Assembly: GCA_002239025.1 (NCBI GenBank)
Contig: MPNM01000001.1
Location: 257,026-321,025, forward strand
DNA: 64,000 nucleotides
Reading direction: 5' to 3'
Origin: Chloroflexi bacterium bin125
Lineage (GTDB): Bacteria; Chloroflexota; Dehalococcoidia; Bin125
Below, in pieces: positions 38,131 through 47,934 of the stretch (the stretch's first letter is position 1; the number at the start of each line of letters is the position of its first letter). The position numbers were made by a program, and so were the translations under genes. The notes beneath the pieces are model-generated. The model did not search any database. It saw only the letters and a list, made by a program, of their open reading frames with translations, and was not told the origin of the DNA.

Positions 38131-38170
38131 GGGGCCGACGGCGCAACGCGACGCTGTCGGCCCGTTTCGC
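38131..38170 (+). terminator. candidate stem-loop terminator after trxA
   Basis: 'gggccgacggcgcaacgcgacgctgtcggccc' followed by 'gtttcg'. GC-rich stem with a weak T-tract. Confidence 0.35.
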
Positions 38171-38232
38171 GTATCCTGCGCCCACTACGCGCAAAACAGC
38201 ACAACTTGACTCCGTGAAATGAGGAAATTCGC

Positions 38233-39405
38233 ATGAAGGTTGGCGTTCACTTTAACTTCCAGAACTACACCGATTGGGAGCGCTTCGAAGCGCAGGCCGT
38301 CTCAGAGGAGATGCCGATCAGCGACCAGCAGATCTACGAGGAAGATCTGCACCTGGGCGGACTCGTTGAGCCGCTGGGGTTCGACTCCTATTGGTGCATC
38401 GACCACCACTTCTCGCCCTACATCATGACTTCGGGCGCGTTGCAGAACTTGACCTACTTCGCCGGCAAGACGGAGCGGATCGACTTCGGCACGATGGTCG
38501 TCGTGCTGCCCTGGTACGACCCGGTGGCGATCACCGAACAGATCACCGTGCTCGACAACATGCTCCAGGGTCGCAAACTGACGCTCGGCCTGGGACGTGG
38601 CGCGGCCAAGCGTGAATTTGAGGCCTTCCGTTCGCCGATGGGCGAGTCGCGAGACCGTTTCCTGGAGTCACTTGAGGTCGTGCGCAAGGGTCTGACACAG
38701 GAGTACTTCTCGCACGAGGGTGACTTCTACACCATCCCGGAGACGACGATCCGGCCGCGTCCGCGCAACCCGCAACAACTGCTGGATTCAATGCGCGTCG
38801 CCTGGATTTCTCCTGAGACCCTCGAGATTGCCGCCAACGCCGGTCTCGGCATGCTCTTTACCAACTCGAAGAAGTGGGAGGAGTACCAGATCGACGTTCA
38901 ACGCTTCAACGAGATTCGCGTCGGACGCGGCTGGGAACCTAAGCAGCCAACGGTAGTCGCCAATGTCGCCTGCTTCGACAGCGAAGAAGAAGCCTGGGAC
39001 GTCATGGTGCAGCACACCGGCGAGTTCCAGGAGAGCGTCGAGCGCCACTATCACTTCTCCGAGTCGGCCCGCTTCGCAGCGACCAAGGGGTACAAGTACT
39101 ACGCCGAGTTCGGCAAGACCAACGAAAAGACCACGCCCGAACAGCGTGCCCGCTTCGCGGCAACGCCGCAGGCCTGGGGTACGCCCGACCAGGTGATCGA
39201 GAAGCTCAAGCACATCCAGCAGATGACCGCCGCCGAAGAGATGATCATGAACTTCCGCATTTCAGGCGGCATGCCGGCCGACACGGCCGAGCGCAGCATG
39301 CGCCTGTTCGCCTCGGAAGTGCTGCCGGCGATCCACGAGCTCGAAGGCACGATGCGAGAAGAACTCTCTGGCCGCGCGACCGCCGAGCCGGTCTCGGCCG
39401 ACTAG
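38233..39405 (+). CDS. LLM-class flavin-dependent oxidoreductase (luciferase-like monooxygenase)
   Basis: TIM-barrel LLM family features, 390 aa. Recognised from overall similarity only. Confidence 0.7.
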   Translation: MKVGVHFNFQNYTDWERFEAQAVSEEMPISDQQIYEEDLHLGGLVEPLGFDSYWCIDHHFSPYIMTSGALQNLTYFAGKTERIDFGTMVVVLPWYDPVAITEQITVLDNMLQGRKLTLGLGRGAAKREFEAFRSPMGESRDRFLESLEVVRKGLTQEYFSHEGDFYTIPETTIRPRPRNPQQLLDSMRVAWISPETLEIAANAGLGMLFTNSKKWEEYQIDVQRFNEIRVGRGWEPKQPTVVANVACFDSEEEAWDVMVQHTGEFQESVERHYHFSESARFAATKGYKYYAEFGKTNEKTTPEQRARFAATPQAWGTPDQVIEKLKHIQQMTAAEEMIMNFRISGGMPADTAERSMRLFASEVLPAIHELEGTMREELSGRATAEPVSAD

Positions 39406-39409
39406 TCGG

Positions 39410-40546
39410 ATGTCGACAGTCGAGTTACAGGGCGAGTGCGATTCGCGCTTCGGCGCGGTTCGCGACGCCTTTGCCGCAAACTGGACCGATCATGATGAGG
39501 TTGGCGCGTCGCTCTGCGTGATCGTCGGTGGCGAGATCGTCGTCGATCTGTGGGGTGGTCACATTGACGCCGAACGCTCGCGCGCATGGGAGAGCGACAC
39601 GATCGCCAACGTGTACTCCTCGACCAAGGGGATCGCGGCAGCCGCTGCGGCGATGCTCGTGGATCAGGGGCAACTCGACGTTGAGCGTCCGGTCGTCGAC
39701 TACTGGCCGGAGTTTGGTCAATCTGGCAAGTCGGAGATTACGGTCCGGGACCTCTTGACGCACGAGGCCGGACTGGCTGGCGTTGACGAGGAACTGCCGG
39801 ACGGCGCCGTGTTGGACTGGGATCACATGGTCGGCGCGCTGGAGCGTCAAGCGCCCATGTGGACACCTGGTGAACACATGGGCTATCACGCAATCACATA
39901 CGGCTGGTTGGTCGGTGAGGTGATTCGCCGGATCGACGGACGGACATGCGGCGAGTTCGTCCGCGACGAGATTGCCGGACCGTTGGGTGTCGATTTCTAC
40001 ATCGGTTTGCCGGAGTCGGAAGATTCGCGAACCGCAGACTTGTTGCCCGCACCGGGGGCCGGTCCGATTGGCGTAAGCACGCAGGACAGCATCGCGGCCC
40101 GGGCACTGGGTCTGGCAGCGCCGCGACTGGCCGGTACGGTCAATTCTCGTGAGTGGCGAGCGGCGGAGTTGCCTGCGGCGAACGGTCACGGCAACGGACG
40201 ATCAATAGCGACGATTTACTCAGCCTTGTCGCAGGCCGGCGGAAATCTGCTCTCGAAGGAGGCAATTGAGGCCTGTGGTCCGACGGAACACGCAGCCCGA
40301 GAAGACATGGTGTTGGGATTCCTGGTCCGACGTTCGCTGGGCTTCATCTTGAGTACGGCTGGCGGTCGCTATGAGTGGGGACCAAATCCAAGGACATTCG
40401 GACACTCAGGCGCGGGCGGCTCGCTCGGTTTCGCCGACCCCGACGCCGAGATCGGTTTCGGCTACGTGATGAATCAGATGTCCGCCGGCCTGGGTGCGGA
40501 TCCTCGTTGGAAGCCAATGATCGACGCGGTGTACGCGAGCGTCTAG
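39410..40546 (+). CDS. serine hydrolase, beta-lactamase/esterase family (class C-like)
   Basis: S-x-x-K motif 'YSSTKGIAAAAAAM' and a 'YHA' element. Confidence 0.78.
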   Translation: MSTVELQGECDSRFGAVRDAFAANWTDHDEVGASLCVIVGGEIVVDLWGGHIDAERSRAWESDTIANVYSSTKGIAAAAAAMLVDQGQLDVERPVVDYWPEFGQSGKSEITVRDLLTHEAGLAGVDEELPDGAVLDWDHMVGALERQAPMWTPGEHMGYHAITYGWLVGEVIRRIDGRTCGEFVRDEIAGPLGVDFYIGLPESEDSRTADLLPAPGAGPIGVSTQDSIAARALGLAAPRLAGTVNSREWRAAELPAANGHGNGRSIATIYSALSQAGGNLLSKEAIEACGPTEHAAREDMVLGFLVRRSLGFILSTAGGRYEWGPNPRTFGHSGAGGSLGFADPDAEIGFGYVMNQMSAGLGADPRWKPMIDAVYASV

Positions 40547-40557
40547 CTGCGCGGCTC

Positions 40558-41412
40558 TCAGGCGGCGAGTTGACGCTGACCCGCGTTCAGGTAAGTCCGA
40601 AGTTCGGCCTTGACGAGTTCTCGGCGCTGTTCGGTCCAACCAAGTTCTTTGGCGATGGCAAGTGCCGGCTGTCTGGTTCCCGAGGCGAAGGGCCCCGTTG
40701 CTTCATGGAACGTGCCGATGTGTACGCGCGAAGCTCCAGTCTCGATGATGCGACGAGCGAATACGTTTGCGTTCTCGAGCGGCAGAAGCGGGGCGACGTT
40801 AACTCGGGTCTTGAAACCTGCTTCCGATAGTTGAGTAATCGCCTCGAATCGACGATCAATGCTGGCACACTGCGGCTCGAATCGTTTGCGGATGTCGTCC
40901 GAGTCGGTCGTGATGCTGAGCGTGATGTTGATGTGATCGAACTCCTTGAACAGGTCGATGTCGCGGGTGACGAGCGGACTGCGCGACAGCACCGCCAGGC
41001 GGGCGCCTCGCTGGGAGAGGATTGGGAGCAGCGACCGTGTCAGTTCCAACTTTGCCTCGATCGGCTGATACGGGTCTGTGGCGCTGCTCATCAGGACCGT
41101 CTTGCCTCGCAGGTCCTGACGGGAGTTGCGCAGTTTGGCGATCGCGTTGGTTTTGACCCGAACCCATTGTCCCCAGCGCTCGCGCTGTTCCTCCTCAGCA
41201 ACGAAGAATGCGGCGTAACAGTACGTGCAGGCAAACGTGCATCCCTGGTAAGGGTTGATGACGAAGTCGAGATCGGCGAGGCGACCGGTAGGTCGGGCGA
41301 GGATGGCCGAGGCATCGGAGTAGATGACGTCGGCGTTGCCCTGGGAGTCAGGGCGATTTGGTGCTGGGTTTGGATCGAAGAGTGAGAGCTGCAACATCGT
41401 TCTAGAGTACAT
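40558..41412 (-). CDS. radical SAM protein, SplB / DNA repair photolyase-like
   Basis: CxxxCxxC 'CTFACTYC'. Size and overall pattern resemble the COG1533 spore-photoproduct-lyase family. Confidence 0.7.
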   Translation of the reverse strand: MYSRTMLQLSLFDPNPAPNRPDSQGNADVIYSDASAILARPTGRLADLDFVINPYQGCTFACTYCYAAFFVAEEEQRERWGQWVRVKTNAIAKLRNSRQDLRGKTVLMSSATDPYQPIEAKLELTRSLLPILSQRGARLAVLSRSPLVTRDIDLFKEFDHINITLSITTDSDDIRKRFEPQCASIDRRFEAITQLSEAGFKTRVNVAPLLPLENANVFARRIIETGASRVHIGTFHEATGPFASGTRQPALAIAKELGWTEQRRELVKAELRTYLNAGQRQLAA

Positions 41413-41528
41413 ATGTTCTATTCAACGATCAAGCGAAGAGCCAACCAAAGTCCTTTATGGCGGAAGTGGCCCGAAAGCGACGGCCCTCCCAGTTGGAAGG
41501 GCCGTCGGAGGTTGGGCGAGGCTGTTCG

Positions 41529-43238
<1,710 letters not shown>

Positions 43239-43338
43239 GGAGATTCCTTCAGCTCAGTTGTCGCGCGTTCCCGCGCGTGCCATGGGGCGATCCACACGCG
43301 GGGTGTGTCGCGATGCGCACAGTATGCCAGATGGGGAG

Positions 43339-43686
43339 CTAGTCCCGCTTTAGCTCAGGCGCGACGGCGAGGAATGGGAACAGGGCAATGAAGGTCAGCA
43401 GCGAGGCGAATCCCCAGCGGATCGGGCTGCGACCCTTGATCATCGCCAACCAACCGGCGAGCGCCGCGTAACCGATCCAGAGGATGCCCCAGGTCCAACC
43501 GACTGCCTCAGCAAAGTCGTCCGGTCCGTCGTCGCGTACTGATTCTGTCTGCGTAGCTGCGGGGAGGCCTGAGTCGTCCCAATCGTTGTTGGCGAGCACG
43601 ATGATGGTCGGGATCCAGATGACGTACAGCAGCAGCGCGATGGCGATCCGGTTGCGTGGCCAGAGTCGTTGGCCGATTGGGGTCAT
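43339..43686 (-). CDS. hypothetical small membrane protein (2-3 TM segments)
   Basis: 115 aa. Hydrophobic segments 'IAIALLLYVIWIPTIIVLA' and 'WGILWIGYAALAGWLAMI'. No family recognised. Confidence 0.45.
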   Translation of the reverse strand: MTPIGQRLWPRNRIAIALLLYVIWIPTIIVLANNDWDDSGLPAATQTESVRDDGPDDFAEAVGWTWGILWIGYAALAGWLAMIKGRSPIRWGFASLLTFIALFPFLAVAPELKRD

Positions 43687-43695
43687 GGGCTGAGC

Positions 43696-43742
43696 GAGCC
43701 CCCTCCGCCGCTTCGCGGCACCCCCCCCCGAGGGGGAGGTCT
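43696..43742. repeat. short hairpin-cluster repeat (type D)
   Basis: Contains 'gccgcttcgcggc' and 'cccccccccgaggggg'. Same G/C-tract hairpin style as the other repeats. Confidence 0.6.
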
Positions 43743-43762
43743 ACGTCCCGGTCGTCAACCGG

Positions 43763-44713
43763 TTAGCGCTGGTGGATCAGGGGTTCGCCGGGGATGGGTG
43801 ATTTTGCGTGGACGACGTAGTCGCTGCGGATTGAGCCGATGTAGACATCGGACATGTCGTCTCCTCCCCAGCTCACGTTGGTCGGGGCCTGCATGATGTC
43901 GCCTTCGAGGTCTTCGATCATGGTGACGACCTCGAACTGTGGTGTGATTGCGACGACCTTGTTGGACATTGGCAGGGTGACCCAGAGGTTGCCTTCCTGG
44001 TCGAAGCCGCAGCCGTCGGTGAGGCCGAGCTCGCCTCGTTGTTCGGCGCTGAGCGGGCGCATGGCGGCGAGGTCTTGGACGGTCTTACCGAGTTGCGGGC
44101 CATAGACTTCCGGCTCGCCGAGGGAACCGTCGTCGTTGATTGGATATCGCAACACGTGGCAGCCGGTGGTTGAACAGACGTAGGCGTTCTCTTCGCGTGG
44201 GTCGAGGGTGATGCCGTTGGCGAACTCGATCTCGGTGGCGAGCATGGTGAGTGAGCCGTCGGCTTCGATGCGGAAGAGGAAGCCGTCCGGATCGCCGGAA
44301 AAGGCGTCGCCGCCCGAGCGCGAAGTGGAGTGGGTAACCCAGATGCGGCCCTGCGAGTCAACGTGTGGATAGTTCGAGGCAACCAGCGGGATGCCGTCGA
44401 TCTGGTCCGCGAGGATTTCGATCTCGCCGGTGTCGATGTCGAGTCGTTGGACGGGCCCCGAGCCTCCGTCACCTTCGAGTCCGCCCACATTGGCGATGAT
44501 GATCCGGCCCTGGGCGTCCATGTTGTTGCCGTTAGGCGATCCGCCGGCGTTGCCGACACGGTTGAGGGTCCCGTCGGGCAGCGCCTCGGCAGCGGCCGAG
44601 GCCTGGTCGGACATCCAGACGCGACCGTCACGTGAGACGACGACGTCCTCAGGTCGCTGGACGCCGACGCCGACTTTGCTGAGTTGGTCTTTGTGGATTG
44701 GGGTGAGGGGCAT
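43763..44713 (-). CDS. SMP-30/gluconolactonase/LRE-like beta-propeller protein
   Basis: Repeated propeller-blade patterns ('GRIWVTH', 'GNLWVT', 'ANGITL'). The start is probably at 'MPLTPIHKD', because the upstream ORF extension runs into a repeat. Confidence 0.7.
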   Translation of the reverse strand: MPLTPIHKDQLSKVGVGVQRPEDVVVSRDGRVWMSDQASAAAEALPDGTLNRVGNAGGSPNGNNMDAQGRIIIANVGGLEGDGGSGPVQRLDIDTGEIEILADQIDGIPLVASNYPHVDSQGRIWVTHSTSRSGGDAFSGDPDGFLFRIEADGSLTMLATEIEFANGITLDPREENAYVCSTTGCHVLRYPINDDGSLGEPEVYGPQLGKTVQDLAAMRPLSAEQRGELGLTDGCGFDQEGNLWVTLPMSNKVVAITPQFEVVTMIEDLEGDIMQAPTNVSWGGDDMSDVYIGSIRSDYVVHAKSPIPGEPLIHQR

Positions 44714-44773
44714 GGGTCGGTCCTTTGGTAGGTAGGTTCGATCAGCAGGGTAGGTGGTGAACGGGACAGGGAT

Positions 44774-44838
44774 GCCCCCCTCTGCCTGCGGCATCTCCCC
44801 CCGCGGAGCGGGGGGAGAAAGAGGAAGCAGGCAGGCAT
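44774..44838. repeat. hairpin repeat module (type B)
   Basis: 'cccccctctgcctgcggcatctccccccGCGGAGCggggggagaaagaggaagcaggcaggc'. The same module is at 46703-46748 and inside the type A copies. Confidence 0.8.
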
Positions 44839-44899
44839 CTTCTTCTGCGGCGTTGGGGCGTGGGCCCTCGCGTATGGAGACCTATGAGTAACTCCCGAA

Positions 44900-45093
44900 T
44901 CCCCTCTCCCCCCCTTGCGGGGGGAGATGTCACGGAGCGACACAGGGGGGGCGGCGGATGATGACCAGATAGGGCTTCCGAACAGCGGACCCCCCTCTGC
45001 CCCCGGGTCAAGCCCGGGGCAGGCTTTCGGCATCTCCCCCGCAAGGGGGGAGAAGGTGAGATTTTCAAAGGTCTCCGTATACGGAGACTGGGA
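44900..45093. repeat. long modular GC-rich hairpin repeat (type A copy 2)
   Basis: Shares both ends and the core modules with 28271-28480. Carries the internal palindrome 'aggtctccgtatacggagact'. Confidence 0.85.
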
Positions 45094-45100
45094 GCAGCAG

Positions 45101-46630
45101 TTAGGCAATCACCTCGTCCCAGACGCCGATTTCCTGACCTCTCCAGTCGTGTTCGACCCGGATGTCTGTTCCGAGGACCATGATTGGTTTGGCCTGTGTG
45201 TCCCAGACGGGCGCTTCGGCCGCGTCGCTGTTGGGATTTCCGGTGCGGGCGAACGCCAGCCAGGTGTCCATGGTGGCTTCGGCAAAGGCGTCGGCCTCCG
45301 GGCCGGAACCGGCGAACTCCGGTGCGACCGCATGCGTACCGAAGACGAAGGGCAGCTCAAGCGCGTGGCAAGAGCCAAGTGCGCCGTTCATGCCGGGCGA
45401 CTTCCAGTCGAACAGGTAGGCGTAAGTAGGCGCGCGCAGGGTTTGGGCGTCAGCCAATCGCAGTCCGGGAACCCGAAGCATCACATCTCCGATTGCCGCA
45501 GTAAAGATTTCGTCGGGTGAGTCATCCTCACCGCGCTCTCGACGCGCCGCCCGATACCTGGCATATGCGCTGGCGCCGTCGGGATGCATCATGCCCAGCA
45601 CACCGGTGACCGCTTCTTCGGTCATCGGTTCCCCGGGTCCGGCGGCGGCCAGCAGCTTCATCTCTTCATCGAGCGAACCGACCAGCGTTGCGATCCCATC
45701 GGCCGAGCCTTGACGGATATGGTCGATTGGCAGTTGCGACAGGAACGAGCCGTCAATCACCGGCTGGAATGGCATCTGCGGAGTGGCTGATGCACCGACA
45801 TTAGCCATCTCCTCCGCCGACTCAGCATTGGCGATTGGATCGACGGCGACGGAGGCGGTGAGGATGTCGGCCGGATCGGCGGCCATCAGCGCGTCGACGT
45901 CGTTGGGGTCGACTCCAAGCGCCTCGCAGAACTTGTAGGCGGTGGCGTTGGTCTCTTCGGCGCTGAGTGCGTTGTGGCCGGCGCCGCTCTGTGGAATGGC
46001 CTTCTGGAAGAGGCCTGCGGCCTCGGGCGAGGCCATCAGCGAGGCGACGCTCATGCCGCCGGCAGACTCGCCGAAGATGGTTACATTGTCGGGGTCGCCG
46101 CCGAAGTTGGCGATGTTCGCCTGGACCCACTTGAGAGCTGCGACCTGGTCGCGCATACCGAAGTTGGTCTCGCCGAGGGCTGGCAGGTTGAGGAAACCGA
46201 GCGCGCCGAGCCGGTAGTTGATGGTGACGATGACGACGTGGCCCCGCGTCGCGAGGTTTGCCCCGTTGTAGTACTCCTCGCTGCCGGAGCCGATGGTGAA
46301 GGCGCCGCCGTGAATCCAGACCATCACGGGTCGGGCCGCATCGTCGAGTCCGGGTGTCCAGACGTTGAGGTAGAGGCAGTCCTCGTTCTGCGGTTGCGGT
46401 GTCTCGGGCGGCGGCAACAAGCCTTCCAACATTTCATTGGGCGCCTGCAGCGAGATTGGACCGAAGGTCGTGGCCTCTCGGACACCTTCCCAGGGTTCGA
46501 CGGGCTGGGGCGACTTGAAGCGGAGGTCTCCGATCGGCGGTGCGGCGAAGGGGATGCCTCGAAAGACGCAAAGTCCGTTCTCTTGGGATCCTTGGATGCT
46601 GCCGGCAGTTGTTTCTGCGATGGCGCTCAT
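45101..46630 (-). CDS. carboxylesterase type B (para-nitrobenzyl esterase-like)
   Basis: Nucleophile elbow 'GESAGG' and the early 'RLGALGFL' type-B carboxylesterase signature. Confidence 0.85.
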   Translation of the reverse strand: MSAIAETTAGSIQGSQENGLCVFRGIPFAAPPIGDLRFKSPQPVEPWEGVREATTFGPISLQAPNEMLEGLLPPPETPQPQNEDCLYLNVWTPGLDDAARPVMVWIHGGAFTIGSGSEEYYNGANLATRGHVVIVTINYRLGALGFLNLPALGETNFGMRDQVAALKWVQANIANFGGDPDNVTIFGESAGGMSVASLMASPEAAGLFQKAIPQSGAGHNALSAEETNATAYKFCEALGVDPNDVDALMAADPADILTASVAVDPIANAESAEEMANVGASATPQMPFQPVIDGSFLSQLPIDHIRQGSADGIATLVGSLDEEMKLLAAAGPGEPMTEEAVTGVLGMMHPDGASAYARYRAARRERGEDDSPDEIFTAAIGDVMLRVPGLRLADAQTLRAPTYAYLFDWKSPGMNGALGSCHALELPFVFGTHAVAPEFAGSGPEADAFAEATMDTWLAFARTGNPNSDAAEAPVWDTQAKPIMVLGTDIRVEHDWRGQEIGVWDEVIA

Positions 46631-46702
46631 GGTTTGTGCTCCTTCGTAGGGTTGAATCGTCGTGAGGCTACAGGTTGGGGATGTTCTTCGCCGGCGTCGG
46701 GA

Positions 46703-46748
46703 CCCCCCTCTGCCTGCGGCATCTCCCCCGCGGAGCGGGGGGAGAAAT
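46703..46748. repeat. hairpin repeat module (type B)
   Basis: 'gacccccctctgcctgcggcatctcccccGCGGAGCggggggagaaa'. Confidence 0.8.
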
Positions 46749-46790
46749 CATGGAAGCGCCAGGCGTCAACGAAGCCGTCGGTGCCGGGCC

Positions 46791-47498
46791 CTAACCCTCT
46801 CCCTCGGGGAGAGGGAACCGGAAGTCGTCGGCGCCGGGACAACGGTCGAGGAGGACGCATTCGCTGCATTTGGGTCGTTGCTTCTGACAGACTCGTCGAC
46901 CGTGGCGGATCAACGTGACGTGGAAGTCGTAGTACTTGTCGGGCGGGAGTTGGGCTTCGAGCATGTCGTGCGCCGGGAGAGCGGCGACCTTGGGACCGAG
47001 CAGTCCGAGGCGGATGGCGACCCGGTGGACGTGGGTGTCGACGGGCAATGCCGGCCGGCCAAGTGAGAAGAGCAGGACGCAGGCGGCAGTTTTGGGTCCG
47101 ACGCCGGGCAGCTCGGTCAGCCATTGCTTGGCCTCGTCGATCGGCATGTCTTCGAGTCGGGAGGCGTCCCACGCAGGGCCGAGGCGCTCTCGGAGTTGGG
47201 AGAGCAGGGCTTGCATTCTGGGGGCTTTGGTTCTTGCCAGCCCGCCGGGTCGGATGGTGTCTTCAAGTTCCTCCACGGGGGCCTCGAGGACGGCGTCCCA
47301 GTCGGGGTAGCGCTTGAGCAACGCCTGAAATGCGCGTCCGGAGTTGGTGTCGGAGGTGTTCTGCGAGAGGAGAGTGAGGACGAGTTCGGTGACAGGATCG
47401 TTGGTCGCGCGCCAGGGAGTGAGCGGGGCCTCGCGGATCAGACGGTTGATGATCGCGGTGGGTCGGAGTGGTTTTGGCGTTTGTCGTCGGCGTGGCAT
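46791..47498 (-). CDS. nth: endonuclease III
   Basis: HhH-GPD domain 'LPGVGPKTAACVLLF' and the [4Fe-4S] loop 'CQKQRPKCSECVLLDRC'. The likely ATG start at 47498 is 'MPRRRQTPK'. The C-terminal 'PLPEGEG' is encoded by a hairpin palindrome. Confidence 0.9.
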   Translation of the reverse strand: MPRRRQTPKPLRPTAIINRLIREAPLTPWRATNDPVTELVLTLLSQNTSDTNSGRAFQALLKRYPDWDAVLEAPVEELEDTIRPGGLARTKAPRMQALLSQLRERLGPAWDASRLEDMPIDEAKQWLTELPGVGPKTAACVLLFSLGRPALPVDTHVHRVAIRLGLLGPKVAALPAHDMLEAQLPPDKYYDFHVTLIRHGRRVCQKQRPKCSECVLLDRCPGADDFRFPLPEGEG

Positions 47499-47502
47499 GG
47501 GT

Positions 47503-47763
47503 CTAATAGACAACTACGTAGAACATTGCGTAGCAAATCAGGACTGAGCAGAGCACGAAACCGGCGCCGATCCTGAAACCGTCCCAGGCGGACCGGGCGA
47601 GGAGGGACGCTATCACGGTTCCGAGGGCACCGCCGGCCAATGACAAGCCGGCAGCAATGGCAACAGCCTCATCAAGGACCTCCGAGAGGGGCTGGACGTG
47701 ATCAAGGACGAGCCAGACGTGAAACAAGTTCGGGAGTTCGATGCTGTGCATCCTCGCGACCAA
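47503..47763 (-). CDS. hypothetical small hydrophobic protein
   Basis: 86 aa with hydrophobic stretches. Ends 4 nt before the nth start. No family recognised; could be a non-coding spacer. Confidence 0.3.
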   Translation of the reverse strand: MVARMHSIELPNLFHVWLVLDHVQPLSEVLDEAVAIAAGLSLAGGALGTVIASLLARSAWDGFRIGAGFVLCSVLICYAMFYVVVY

Positions 47764-47811
47764 CTGACGACTTCCCGTGGAAGGTGGGAGTGGTTCTGTG
47801 GAGGGTATCTC

Positions 47812-47934
47812 GTTGGGGCCCTAACCCGAACCCTCTCCCGCGGGGAGAGGGGATTAGACGGGCGCCTCGCGGACTAGACGGTTGATGATCGCGGTTGGCC
47901 GGAGCGGTTTTGGCGTTTGTCGTCGGCGGGGCAT
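47812..47934 (-). pseudogene. internally deleted endonuclease III remnant (nth 5' ~75 bp fused to nth-3'-like ~40 bp)
   Basis: 47864-47934 is about 91% identical to the nth 5' end (47428-47498); 6 of the 7 substitutions are synonymous. 47812-47860 resembles the nth 3' end, including the stop context 'gggccctaaccc' and the 'ctctccc.cggggagaggg' palindrome. An in-frame TAA sits at the junction. Confidence 0.7.
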
